Notes: a model not told the origin generated them from the sequence alone. A stretch of DNA of 64,000 bases from Eledone cirrhosa (GCA_964016885.1 OZ024740.1:264306001-264370000), one strand, 5' to 3'; positions 12,301 to 26,075 are shown, counted from the stretch's first letter. A program made the numbers and translations.

Positions 12301-13050
12301 CCTCAAAAAGGCTACAGAAGGAATGCTAATGGCTGCGCAGGAGCAGGCCCTCAAAACGAAGTGGTTGAAGCACCATATCTACAAGGAGGAGGCTAGCCCA
12401 CTGTGCAGGATCTGTGGAGAGAGAGAGGAGACTGTGGCTCACATTGTGTCCGAGTGTAAACACCTAGCCCAGACCCACTATAAGGGCTGGAGACACGATG
12501 TGATGGGCAGGGTGATCCACTGGCACCTGTGCAAAGTAAACAATTTACCACATTCTGAGAAATGGTATGAGCATAGGCCAGAGGCGGTGATGGAGAACAA
12601 TCAGGTGAAGGTGCTGTGGGATTTTAGGATACAGACGGACAAAAAACTGGAACACAATAGACCTGACCTGGTGGTTGTGGACAAAGAAAAAAGATCGTAT
12701 CTGATTGTGGATGTGGCCTGCCCGTTCGACACGAGAGTGCAAGAGAAGGAGAGGGAGAAAATTAACCGATACCAGGACCTAAAGTGGGAGGTGAAAAGGA
12801 TTTGGAACTGCCATGAAGTCAAAGTGATCCCGATTGTCATAGGCGCACTGGGGACTATCTCCCAAAGTTTCCAGGGATGGTTAAAGAAAATCGGCCTCTT
12901 CACGCTTTTTGGAACGCTTCAAAAGGCATGCTTGCTTGGAACAGCAAGAACCCTCCGATACGTCCTGAATATCTGGGGCTGCAGGTAGTGGCTTGATATT
13001 CAATCCAACGGACTTTCCAGTTAACCAACATCAATGACTGAGATTCAAGG
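9324..13050 (+). mobile_element. R4/Dong-like RLE non-LTR retrotransposon, near full length, inactivated by 3 stops and a frameshift
   Basis: ORFs 9585..12988 carry RT motifs (KSPGPDG, YRPITCL, GIFQGDSLSP, FMDD), CRIC...HIVSEC, RHD and a PD..D..K restriction-like endonuclease. Flanked by (AAT)n at 9305-9323 and 13051-13120; Dong elements are known TAA-repeat targeters. Confidence 0.88.
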
Positions 13051-13059
13051 AATAACAAC

Positions 13060-13095
<36 letters not shown>

Positions 13096-13120
13096 CATAG
13101 TAATAATAATAATAATAATA

Positions 13121-13304
13121 ATTGTTTCTACTTTAGGCACAAGGTCAGCAATTACCCAGTGCATTACTGGTACTTTATTTTATCGACCCTGTAAGGATGA
13201 AAGGCAAAGTCAACCTCGGAGGGATTTGAACTCAGATCGTAAAGGGACGTAACTATGCAGGAAAGCATGGCGTCCGACCCTCTACCGATATGCCAATCCA
13301 CCAG
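13121..13304 (-). mobile_element. tRNA-derived SINE copy
   Basis: Minus strand has B-box GAGTTCAAATCC followed by the conserved core TTTGCCTTTCATCCTTAC.GGGTCGATAAAATAAAGTACCAG. Many copies in the window. Confidence 0.85.
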
Positions 13305-15159
13305 CGCAATGGGAAAATATAACAGTTGAACAGTTGCGTTAGGCTCTAAGAAAAACCAGCAAATGGAAATCCCCAGGAAAAGACAAAATACAAACTTTTT
13401 GGATAAATGCCTTCCCAGAGTCTCATGAGCTGTTAGCCCAACTTTACAATGAAATAGTTAAGGAGCCAGAAAAGATACCATCATGGCTAGTTAACGGCAT
13501 TACATTCCTGCTTCCGTAGAATGATGAGACAAACAATCCCCAAAATTACAGACCGATAACTTGCTTGACCACAATGTATAACATTTTAACATCAGTCCTA
13601 ACTGAATATACATATAAGCACCTGATAACAAATGACCTATTTCCCATTGAGCAGAAAGGGTGTAAACGGGGCACATATGGCTGTAAGGATCAGCTTTTGG
13701 TTAACAAAATGATACTGGAAGATTGTCATAATAGACACAAAAATCTATCAATTGCTTGGATAGATTATAAAAAGCATTCGATAGTTTGCCACACAGTTGG
13801 ATTGAAAATTGTTTATAGATTTTCAAAATATCTCCCGTTGTCAGGAGGTTTTTGTCATTCAGTATGAAGACATGGAAAACGACACTCCTTTTGAATAGTG
13901 AAACAAAATCACTGGAAGCTGGCGAAGTTAATATTAATTGTGGAATTTTTCAGGGTGACTCTTTATCACCGCTTTTATTCTGCATCGCACTTATACCATT
14001 AAGTAAAATGCTCAATGAAACAAAACATGGATATAAAGTCTATGACAAAACCATTAATCAGTTGTTCTACATGGATGACCTGAAACTATTTGCAAAAAAT
14101 GATGAACAATTGCAAGGGCTATTATCCACTGTGGAGCAGTTCAGTAATGACATTAAAATGGAGTCTGCACTAGATAAATGCGCCAAAGCAACGTTCACCA
14201 GAGGAAAGCTGCTGAAAAGTTCAGACATTAATCTTGATCGAGGGAATGAGATAAGAGAACTTGATCAAGAGGAAACTTACAAATATCTAGGTGTTTGTGA
14301 CGGAGACGGAATCAAGCACTCGACAATGAGGGAAAGGATAAGGAAGGAATGTTACCGCAGAGTAAGAACAATCTTAAGAACGGAATTGAATGCAAGGAAT
14401 ATGATCGATGCCATAAACACGCTTGCCATACCAGTAGTAACCTACAGTTACAATGTCATCAACTGGTCAAGCACAGAGATTCGTAGGCTCGATACAAAAA
14501 TTCGAAAATTCTTAACCATGCACAGAATGCATCACCCTAAGGCAGATACAGATAGAATATATCTCCCTAGGAAAGAAGGAGGACGTGGGTTAATCCAGTT
14601 AGACATTGCGTTGAAAACCGCAATAATTGGATTATCTATATATCTAAGAGAATCACAAGATTGGATGATCAAACTCGTTTTGAAACGCGAAAGCATCAAA
14701 AGATCATACTCCATTACAAAAGATGCACAAAGATACAGTAATGGATAACACATTTCAGAAGTCCCATTTACTGCTGAAATGGAAAATACAGAAAAAGCAA
14801 AGCAGGTAAAAGTAACTGCAAAGAAAGAACTGCTACAGAAACTGGCTAAGAAATGGCAAGAAAAGCCTCTGTATGGAAAACCACCAGAACGAGCTAACAA
14901 TCCTGATGTTGACAAAACTTTAACTCATAAGTGGTTGGCATCCTCTGGACTGAAATCGGAGACTGAAGGACTGATTATATCAGCACAAGATCAGTGTCTG
15001 CCAACAAAAAATTACCAAGCCAACATAATAAAAAATGGATGCCGTGTATGTAAAAAACAACCAGAGACCATTGACCAATTAATTTCAATGTGCAGTCGTA
15101 TAGCTCCAATCGAATACCTAAACTGGCATGACATTATTAAATATTTCCTCAATCATTAA
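13305..15159 (+). mobile_element. Second RLE-type (R4/Dong-like) RT remnant, truncated at both ends
   Basis: GIFQGDSLSPLLF, FYMDD, YKYLG, EGGRGL, GLKSETEG...AQDQ, CRVC. A different family from 9324-13050. Confidence 0.85.
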
Positions 15160-15435
15160 GTTTTCAATGGTAAATAAACGTAATGAATGTTGTGAAATCA
15201 AGCGTAGTTTTTATACATTAAACTAAACCGGTGTAACCAGAGAACAGTAGACCTATACATATTTAACTAATTCTAAAAGCAATACCCGTTCATATATAAC
15301 GGCACATACATATAAATATACACACATATATACTCAAACAGTCGCTCGCATGTATTAGATACACATATAGATGCCCACACGTACTCACGTATACAGAATT
15401 ATATAATTACATACATATGCATATATTTGTGTGTG

Positions 15436-15501
<66 letters not shown>

Positions 15502-15825
15502 CGTGTGTGTGTGTGTGTGTTTATAGAATATATACACACATGCACCCGCGTATACAGAATTATATAAGTATTTACATATGTACACATACACACATAGGCA
15601 TGTGCAGGAATATACAGAAATTACTGCCGACCTGCAAAACTAACATATATATGTGTGTGTACAGAGAATGCACATATATATATATCATAACATAGACACG
15701 CATATATATATACACGTACACACATGTACATGAATACTCAAATACACTTCCAACTATGCTCCTGGCGATATGTAAACCAGTGGACAGACTACCCTCCTAT
15801 TTTAAACATTCGTAGAGTAAAATAA

Positions 15826-16042
15826 TTGTTTCCTATATAGGCACAAGGCCAGCAATTTTGGCGTAAGGGAAAATCGATTAAATCGACCCTAGTGCGTGAG
15901 TGATACTTTATTTTATCGACCCCGTAAGGATGAAAGGCAAAGTTAACCTTGGCGGGCTTTGAACTCAGATCATAAAGGGCCGTAACTCTATGCGTCAAAG
16001 CATGGCGTCCGACCTTCTACCGATACTGCCAATCCACCGCCC
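15826..16042 (-). mobile_element. tRNA-derived SINE copy
   Basis: Same B-box and core as 13121-13304. Confidence 0.85.
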
Positions 16043-16469
16043 TTGATTCGTAGAGTAAAATAATGTTGTAAATCTTTACTGGTTATTCATTCTTATTTTA
16101 TCAATATATATATAAATGTGTGTGTTTGTGTGTGTGTGTGTATGTGTGTATGTGTGGTAGTGTGTGAAATAACTCAATCGGTACGGTATTTATATATAGA
16201 GAGAGAAGGGGGAGAGAGAAGAAGAGGGAGAAATGGCAACGTGAATGGAACTGTTATTTTCTCTAAAAGCATATTTTTCCGATTCTGCCCTGCCTATCAC
16301 TTCAATCTTTCTAATGACTAATTCTTTGTCCTGGGGAAAGACTAGCGTCCGAAACGGTAAGACACTAACCTGGTATTTCAAGCGTCAAACTAATATATAC
16401 CTTCCAAACACTGTGTCGATTGTGTTGTTATGTCTGTTTACCTTTTACTCCCCCCCCCCACACACACAA

Positions 16470-16607
<138 letters not shown>

Positions 16608-16642
16608 ATACATATATATATATATATATAGGAACCAGTAAG

Positions 16643-16736
16643 ACCCCGACAGCTGAGCTCAAGCCGTTTCGACGGCTAATTCTGGACTAAATGAAAATTT
16701 ATCCTGGTATTTAAATAGCCGATCTTCTCAAGGGGT
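16643..16736 (-). ncRNA. Type I hammerhead ribozyme, U3:A8 core variant (3' pLTR)
   Basis: acccc-UUGAGAA-ga(u)cggcu...agccguc-GAAA-cggcu...agcug-UC-ggggu. Confidence 0.75.
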
Positions 16737-19561
16737 AATTCCATATATGGTCAAAGTGATTGTCAAAAATCAGTAGTAATTCTGTGGTTGCAAATTAGTA
16801 GGGGAGATGGTGGCTAAACCTGCCAGTAGGAGAAAGAGGGGAGGGGGTGGAGTAGACCCAATCAAGCGTTGGTAGTGCCAGCTACAGCTGGGCATGAGGT
16901 CAAAGAAGATACATGGGAGGGGGAGGAAGTCGGAACGGTAGGTAGAACAATGGGGGGTAGAAATATATAGGAAAGAAAAAATACTGAGAGTGAAGAAAAG
17001 CAAATAAGTGTAAAGAAAAAAGTAAAGTAAATTAAATTCTACGACCTAAGTCTCTAGCTACTGTTAGGCTAGAATAAATAAATAAATAAAGAAAGAAAGA
17101 AGTAAAGAAAGAAATAAAGAAATAACGAAATAAGTAAAAGAACTAGGTGGGACGGATAAGGCGAGGACCCTTTTAAGAGGTATAAGTACGTAAATGATAC
17201 GGTGACGGGTCAACAAAAGGGGCCAAAATACTAAAGAGACTACCACGAAATAAACAATAAAGGTTTCCATCCCGGGCACAATGCCAGCAACCACCCAGTG
17301 CAGCAAAGTGAACTAGTACGAGATAATAATTCTGAGTCCCGAGAAAAATATAAACTAATGCTAACTCTAAAAGATCTAAAACAAGCTACATGAAAGTTCG
17401 TACGAAGTAAAGGTAGAATACGGAAAAATAAATTCAGAATCCACCCCGCCCAAAAGAAAAGCGAAGAAAGAAATACTGAAACGAAAAAATAAGGCATAAG
17501 TGCCACTAAGAAATATAGAGGGCACAGAGAATAGTGGGAGCGGTCGGAAAAAGGGGACAAGTATCCGGGCTCTAAACCAACTGCTATAAAGGGCGGAGTC
17601 CGCCAAATCTATCATAGACTAGGGGAGGGGGTGGGGGTACTAAGGCTACAAGGGGCCAAAGGGCAGCCTCGGGTGGGCGAGAAAAGACGCCGACAAAGGA
17701 GAAGAGCTGGGGTAGAAGGACTAAGGAGAGAGGGGGGAAGGAAATAAAGGAAGCGATAAAAGAATACAAAGAAGATCTTACGTCTCCCTTGGCAAGCAGG
17801 GGTTACCCATTGCAAAATCGGCAAGTGGGGTGTTATAGCCCTAGACTACTCCCCGGGTCATTATGGGGTTTGAGGGCGAGGTAAGTCCTACGCAATCTAT
17901 GTTTACATGCAGTAACCAGTTCATCTTTCTTGTTTAGGAGTTGGTCCGTCGAAAACAGCATTTGTAAAGTTTCCTCCGAGCATAAATTGCACGGACGGCG
18001 TCCTCCCGTGTAAGAATTGGCTCTGGACAGTAATCTCCAAGTGAGATCATAGGTGATGTTGTTGTCCTTGAGGTCCCATATGTGGCCCGAAAGTGTAGTG
18101 GCGTGACGCCGGGCCGGGTTTCGGAAGGTATGTCTATGTTGGTATAGCCGGGTCTTGAAGTCACATGCGGTAAGTCCTATATAGGCTTTGTTGGAGGTAT
18201 CCGTCCTCACGTTGCACTGGTAGATCACATTACGGTCTCTGCATCTATTGTCGAGTGGGCAAATAGATCTATCCGGGCAGTTACACCTCCTGGTCGGTTC
18301 TCCACTGCTATTTAGGTTATTTTTGCCATCGGTGTTGAGTTTTTTGTTGTTAGAGGAGACGATGTTTTGTGCGAAGTTTGGTGTAGTGCTGTAAGAGAGT
18401 TTGATGGTATTTTTGTTAATTATGTTGTGGTAGCGGTGTTGTAATGGGAAGTGTTTTTCAATGAGCCTAAAGAATAGTTTCCCGATGGGAGTTGTCACCT
18501 CTGCGTTGTGGGGAGGATTGAACCATGTTACATTGCGTGAGCGGCGGTGTCTCCTGCTGGTTCCGCTAATGGGAGCTGGACAGTAGGATATTTCCTCCCG
18601 GAAACCACTCCTCTTGAGGGCCTGGTTGTAATAAGGCGCATGTTCATCGAATATCCGCTCATTAGCTGACAAACGGGATATGCGGAGGGAGATGTTTTTG
18701 ACCAGGTTGTTTGTGATGTTCCTAGGATGGTTTGATCGGCGGTGGATGTAGTGCAGATTGTCATTAGGTTTCCTGTATGGGTAGTACAGGTCGTTTTCGA
18801 GGTCGAGGGTCACGTCCAGGAAGTTTACTCGGGTCAGGGACGTTTGTAGGGTTATTTTAAATCCCCAGTCGCGGAAGAAACTGATTAATTGTTTCCGGAC
18901 CCGATCTGTACTACTGGTGTGGTACCCTTTAAGGGTAAGGAGCCCATCATCACGGTACAATCCACCACCGAATGCAGGAAACATATCAGTGAGTTTGGCT
19001 ATTAGGAATAATCCTATAAGATCTGTGACCTCCGCCGAATCCATGGCGCCCATGCTGACGTCGAAGGGTGAGTCGGGAGCTTTTTTTATCCATTTAGAGT
19101 CGTCAAAGAGTAAGACTGTCTTCCTGGCGTGGAGGATGATTTTTCTTTCCTAGTTCTTTTACTTATTTCGTTATTTCTTTATTTCTTTCTTTACTTCTTT
19201 CTTTCTTTCTTTATTTATTCTAGCCTAACAATAGCTAGAGACTTAGGTCGTAGCATTTAATTTACTTTACTTTTTTCTTTACACTTATTTGCTTTTCTTC
19301 ACTCTCAGTATTTTTTCTTTCCTATATATTTCTACCCCCCATTGTTCTACCTACCGTTCCGACTTCCTCCCCCTCCCCCTCCCCTGTATCTTCTTTGACC
19401 TCATGCCCAGCTGTAGCTGGCACTACCAACGCTTGATTGGGTCTACTCCACCCCCTCCCCGCTTTCTCCTACTGGCAGGTTTAGCCACCATCTCCCCTAC
19501 TAATTTGCAACCACAGAATTACTACTGATTTTTGACAATCACTTTGACCATATATGGAATT

Positions 19562-19655
19562 ACCCCTTGAGAAGATCGGCTATTTAAATACCAGGATAAA
19601 TTTTCATTTAGTCCAGAATTAGCCGTCGAAACGGCTTGAGCTCAGCTGTCGGGGT
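19562..19655 (+). ncRNA. Type I hammerhead ribozyme, U3:A8 variant (inverted pLTR)
   Basis: Same fold as 16643-16736: stem I acccc/ggggt, GAAA at 19628, GUC triplet at 19648-19650. Confidence 0.75.
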
Positions 19656-20193
19656 CTTACTGGTTCCTATTACCCACTCTACTACCTCAAGTATTGAGTA
19701 CTTTGGTGTGTTATGATCCACCTGGTTCCTTACCACATTTCCTCCGTTATATATATATATATATATATTTATTTATTAAAAATAACAGATTAAAGTTAAA
19801 ATTTATTATTATTACTATATATATATATGTATATATATATATAAACAGAGCACGTATGAAAAAAGAATTTCTACTATAACTTCCATTCTTCAAAGGAATA
19901 AACTAAAAGATAAAATACACGTGGATACCACAGAACTTAAAATCAATTTAGGTACATAAAAATCAAAATATGTTCATAATTAGTTTCGTCCTGTACGAAA
20001 ATAAATATCTTCATAACGTCATACCTAATAGCTTCTACGTTTCCTGAACAGTAAGTTTAAATAGTAGAGTTGGCTGACTTTAACTATGTCTTACTGCAAT
20101 CATACATGAAGCACCATTATTATCCCGTATACAAATGGAACAAATTTGATGACATTATATGATATAAATGGGATTATATGAAATAAATGATAT

Positions 20194-20371
20194 TGGCAGT
20201 ATCGGTAGAGGGTCGGCGCCATGCTTTGCAGCAAAGAGTTACGGCCCTCTATGATCTGAGTTCAAATCCCGCCGAGGTTAAATTTGCATTTCATCCTTAC
20301 GGGGTTGATAAAATAAAGTACCAGTAATGCACTGAGTAATTGCTGGCCTTGTTCCAAATGTAGAAACAATT
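20194..20371 (+). mobile_element. tRNA-derived SINE copy
   Basis: gagttcaaatcccgccgaggttaaatttgcatttcatccttacggggttgataaaataaagtacc. Confidence 0.85.
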
Positions 20372-20899
20372 ATATGATATAAATGGGATTATTTTATGTC
20401 ACATGACAGGATATATCGACGCAAGTACCCTAAATTTAATGTGCCAAAAACTTAGTATTTGCGGAATAGTTTTCTGAGTTGCGAAGGAAAAATCTAAATC
20501 CATGCAAGGCAAAATATCATTAACATACGGAAAGTAAATCGGTAGTTAACTTCACAGTAAGAACATATCCACATCAATTTAGTAGGTGTACGTTTGATAA
20601 TTATTTATGAAAATTGTTGTAATTGATTAAAATGAATGGAAAAATAAATATGTCAATTGCCGAAATAATGTGAAAGAAATAGTCTAGAAGATTCGAGGAT
20701 TGAGGCATCCTTACGTAGATTGTTATAAGACGTTATTAAATATTTGGTGTTACGTTCTCAAGGATCGGGAAGCTACCGGAGCATTGAGAAAGCAACACCA
20801 AATTTCAGTCCGGAGCATATCAATGAATAAAAAAAAAAAAAAAAACTGAAATGAGCTTCATTTCATCTTTATGTTTTTTCTAGATTTTCAGTCAAATTC

Positions 20900-20960
20900 T
20901 AGCTCTCTGACGAGGTCATAACTGATGCATAACGGTTATCACCGAAATATATATAACACC
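20900..20960 (+). ncRNA. Degenerate minimal hammerhead (Penelope pLTR-type)
   Basis: CUGACGA-ggu...acc-GAAA-uauaua-UA; stem I poorly paired. Confidence 0.45.
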
Positions 20961-21101
20961 GACTATGAATAAACGAATTTAATTTCAACCTGTTGTCTTC
21001 AAGTTTATAAATATACTGTGGAGTAAACAGACCCACTTGCGCACCTCGTCGAGTGCTCTACCCTGCATACTGAAGTGTCGTTGATACTCGAATTAATACA
21101 T

Positions 21102-21166
<65 letters not shown>

Positions 21167-21266
21167 ATATATTTGTTTATATATATATATATATATATAC
21201 AATACATATATATATATATGATGTGAGAAAAATGTGAGAAAACCACAGACCCTCCATCTCAACTCA

Positions 21267-21304
21267 CCTTTTGAAAAGCAGAAGAACTGCGAAACCGGTA
21301 AAGG
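21267..21304 (+). ncRNA. Minimal type I hammerhead, U3:A8 variant
   Basis: ccuu-UUGAAAA-gcag(aagaa)cugc-GAAA-ccgg-UA-aagg; palindromic stem III typical of dimeric Penelope HHRs. Confidence 0.75.
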
Positions 21305-21371
21305 AACCAAATAAATATATTTATTTTTTAAAAAATAAGACTCCTGTTGCATTTTCGATTTCATCTCTTTT

Positions 21372-21548
<177 letters not shown>

Positions 21549-21776
21549 AGAGTACGCTGAGATGCAACCAGTCCTACCAGTGATACATATGCTAGTTCCG
21601 CTAGTTCCGTCAACTTGTTATATATATAAGGGAAAGAAGGACAGTCACGATAGAAAAATGAATTCTCCTCTATGAATATGAATGAGAAAATTAATTGTTC
21701 TTCCCGTTTTTATTATTATTATTATTATTACTATTATTTGTATAAATATTGAACTTAATAATATCATGCATATACG

Positions 21777-21831
<55 letters not shown>

Positions 21832-21837
<6 letters not shown>

Positions 21838-23473
21838 ATACAATAACAGAGATAGTTTAAAGCTAAACTCTGACTGGTAACCATCTCACTCAACAAACAT
21901 TAGGTTATATAAAAATATAAACCCAATTTAAGTGTTTGGGGTGCTAACAATATGTATAATGTGGAAAAGCCAGTTGTATTATTTCATGAGATATAATTAA
22001 AGTTAAAGTATATCTCTCTTTCCAAACAATTGTTTCATTATAAGTTTTCTACAAGTTTGGAAGAATGTTTCCAGTTTATGTAGAAGCCTAATATATATTC
22101 ATGTAAGAATATATTTATGTGGGCACTTATAAATCATCAGTGGAAGCCCATTAAACATTGATATAAGAAAACAATTTCTTACTGCTGTCAAAAATCATGT
22201 CCGTAAATTTGCTCCCCCTCACCTCGAATGACCGCCAAATTTGAAATTCCAGCAGTTTTTGACTGAGGAAGTATCATAGCGACACGAGGCGGGAAGGGGA
22301 GACAACCCACGATCCACGAAATGAGGAAAAAAATAATATACACGCGGGTTAATTAGTTTTTTTGAAAACATTATCAATCCAACGTGTTTAAGAACTCAAT
22401 TGAAAATAAAAAAATAAATATATGCTTGTATAAATTACACACGCATATAGATATTTTCTTAGGCTAAATTAGAAGTTGTACCCGAATAAGTACCGCTTCT
22501 CATAACCGCAGTAAATGCAGAAAGTTATGCTATAAAGTGCAAATGGGAATATAATTCTCAGGCCGAATTATTAAGAGTAAAATATAAAACACACGCGGGT
22601 TAATTAGTTATTTCAAAACCAATATTAATTCCTCGTGTAAAGAACTCAATTAATAAAAGAAAATAAATACATATATGCATGTAATTATATACGTAGGCAT
22701 ATATATATATTTTCCTAGGCTAAAAAACAGAGAAGTTACAACCAAAAAAAGCCACAATATTTCACAACAGTAATAAATACGGAAAGTCAAATTCATAAGG
22801 TACCTGGAAATAAACACCTCTGGCCAATCAAGAGTAAATATTTAATACAATAACAGAGATAGTTTAAAGCTAAACTCTGACTGGTAACCATCTCACTCAA
22901 CAAACATTAGGTTATATTAAAATATAAACCCAATTTAAGTGTTTGGGGTGCTAACAATATGTATAATGTGGAAAAGCCAGTTGTATCATTTCTATGAGAT
23001 ATAATTAAAGTTAAAGTATATCTCTCTTTCCAAACAATTGTTTCATTATAAGTTTTCTACAAGTTTGGAAGAATGTTTCCAGTTTATGTAGAAGCCTAAT
23101 ATATATTCATGTAAGAATATATTTAGGTGGGCACTTATAAACATTATCAATCCAACGTGTTTAAGAACTCAATTGAAAATAAAAAAATAAATATATGCTT
23201 GTATAAATTACACACGCATATAGATATTTTCTTAGGCTAAATCAGAAGTTGTACCCGAATAAGTACCGCTTCTCATAACCGCAGTAAATGCAGAAAGTTA
23301 TGCTATAAAGTGCAAATGGGAATATAATTCTCAGGCCGAATTATTAAGAGTAAAATATAAAACACACGCGGGTTAATTAGTTATTTCAAAACCAATATTA
23401 ATTCCTCGTGTAAAGAACTCAATTAATAAAAGAAAATAAATACATATATGCATGTAATTATATACGTAGACAT
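21832..23473. repeat. ~1 kb tandem duplication; second copy lacks ~22134-22367 and ends at the tRNA
   Basis: 21832-22133 matches 22838-23140, and 22368-22700 matches 23141-23473. Confidence 0.9.
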
Positions 23474-23565
23474 GCCTGCATAGCTCAGTCGGTAGAGCAT
23501 CAGACTTTTACGATCTATTCTGTGAAGGTATCTGAGGGTCGCGGGTTCAAGTCCCTCTGCGGGCG
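23474..23565 (+). tRNA. trnK-UUU: tRNA-Lys(UUU) with a 19-nt intron at position 37/38 (23511-23529)
   Basis: Acceptor GCCTGCA/TGCGGGC; D-arm GCTC..GAGC; anticodon arm TCAGA-CTTTTA^A-TCTGA; T-loop GTTCAAGT. One T-stem mismatch and no nearby T-run terminator. Confidence 0.85.
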
Positions 23566-23569
23566 AACT

Positions 23570-23609
<40 letters not shown>

Positions 23610-23675
23610 CAAGGTTCTGATAGCATCAACACCATAAACACAGCTGGCATATCTAAGAACTGCCTGATGAGGTCT

Positions 23676-23732
23676 AACTGCCTGATGAGGTCATAGCCAT
23701 TAAAGAGATATCATCGAAATATATATAGCAAT
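23676..23732 (+). ncRNA. Minimal type I hammerhead (canonical core)
   Basis: acugc-CUGAUGA-ggu...auc-GAAA-uauaua-UA-gcaau. The related piece at ~47490-47515 has gcagu, restoring stem I. The 17-nt core segment is locally duplicated. Confidence 0.65.
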
Positions 23733-23773
23733 AAATAAAGGATTATGAGTTCATGCAATTGACTTATGTTTCG

Positions 23774-23826
<53 letters not shown>

Positions 23827-24338
23827 TGCACAAGGAAATTAGTCTCCAATACACATAGCATCCGAATTAAAATATCGAAAAATATATCTAATTCGGAGAA
23901 GCACATACATAGAAAATATCCTTTACACATTCACTGACGGGTAGATCCCAATAAATAATCTAGAACAAGAAAACTTCACAAGCATCTTTCCCCAAACGTA
24001 GAATCTTCATTAAACAGCATTAAACTACGTTTTATACACCCCGCTGGACTGCTGAGGACCGAATCCATTTACTAACATATTTATATTTTTTCTTCTTATA
24101 CCTTAAAAGACCCTGGTGAAAGGATCTTCTTGACGGATGGACTGTCTTAATCTATTGAAATGTTCAGTAGTGTTTCTTGCTTATGGAAACTGCAGTTATG
24201 GAACAGAATGAAGCCTTCTAATTTAGGTTGCTTAACAAAGTTTCTACTTTTACGGAAAATTGCTTGTGGCGTTCTCTTGTTTTAGATTATTTTACTGAGA
24301 TCTACCCATCGGTGATTTTGTATCAGATATTCTACATG

Positions 24339-24421
<83 letters not shown>

Positions 24422-24440
24422 ATATATATATACACATATA

Positions 24441-24618
24441 ATTGTTTCTACGTTTGGCACAGGGCCAGCAATTACCCAGTTCATTACTGGTACTTTATTT
24501 TATCGACCCCGTAAGGATGAAAGGCAAAGTTAACCTCGGCGGAATTTGAACTGAGATTAGCAAGGGCCGTAACTCTATGCGTCAAAGCATGGCGTCCGAC
24601 TCACTACCGATACTGCCT
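24441..24618 (-). mobile_element. tRNA-derived SINE copy
   Basis: Same family core. Confidence 0.85.
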
Positions 24619-24809
24619 CATATAATGAATGCCCCCTCGTTATCGAGTATGCCATTGCACGATATAACTTTATTAAATAATTATTAATCAATGCCTGTGC
24701 GTGAAGTTTTATTTTTTAAGTGAGGAAAGACTGTGCACTGAGCCAATCACCTCTCTGAGAGACAGTAGCTATAACCCGAAAAGAAGAAAGATTAACAACA
24801 ACGGTAATT

Positions 24810-25150
24810 ACTGAGCCGCAGGTTTTATGTCGGAATAATCCCAATTTCCTAGAAGAATGTCCTGACAAAGGCTAGGAGTCGTTCCCTATCCAGCCCGATT
24901 ACCTCTATGTCCCCGCGCATATATATACATATGTATACCTGCATATACATATATACATACATATATGTATATACCTATATACACATTTATATGTATATAT
25001 ATTTACACATTTTTGGATAGTCGTTGACTCTTATGAGTTCTACTGCCCTTTGTCAGGTTTCGTTTTTTGTCGTGCAGGGTGTCCAAAATCACCCTCATCA
25101 CCAAGTAAACTTAGTGGAGTTGCCGGGTTAGTCGGCGACGACCCAACCCT
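24810..25150 (-). mobile_element. RTE-like 5' region fragment
   Basis: Reverse-complement homology to 27797-28000, interrupted by a microsatellite. Confidence 0.55.
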
Positions 25151-25174
25151 ACATACTTGCATTACATACATAAG

Positions 25175-25325
<151 letters not shown>

Positions 25326-25642
25326 CCCCTTAAAAATCTGATTAAATCTACATATTGTTGCAAACTTTAAAAATTACATCCTTTCGTCTCAGAAATATCT
25401 GTTATTTTAGCATGACAATAAGCAGATTTTACGAAACAAGTGAATATTAAATGAAGAGGAAATATCATTTCTTCGCCATATTCTTTCATTAGTTATTACT
25501 ATTTTTCCATGTGCCAAGTATAATATTTAAGGAAACATAATCAATCTATACGTGGATTGAAATTCTATGAATGCTTAACATTCATTTACATGACAAAATT
25601 GTAAAGCACACACACACACACACACACACACATACGTGCGCA

Positions 25643-25712
<70 letters not shown>

Positions 25713-25854
25713 TACACATGCACATAAACAAACACGTATACGCACTCAGATAAACATAAACAAACTCACACTTATAAATATATCTGTATATATGGATATA
25801 TATGCTTGTCTCTGCGAATGTACGTATATATATGTTATATATACATATATCTAC

Positions 25855-25885
<31 letters not shown>

Positions 25886-25887
25886 AC

Positions 25888-25976
<89 letters not shown>

Positions 25977-26012
25977 TATGTATACATATATATATATATG
26001 TATGTATGTATG

Positions 26013-26075
<63 letters not shown>

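Larger units (their letters stand above)
16629..19747 (-). mobile_element. Penelope-like element, 5'-truncated, with inverted pseudo-LTR
   Basis: ORF 17833..19053 has RT YRDD, FLDVTL and GIY-YIG (NVIYQC...AYIGLT). 16629-17140 is the reverse complement of ~19150-19670. Confidence 0.92.

Noticed and set aside
25100-25150. Possible HDV-like ribozyme at an RTE-like 5' end; likewise the Dong 5' UTR at 9400-9540
   Set aside because: Only simple hairpins seen; the nested double pseudoknot could not be built by eye.
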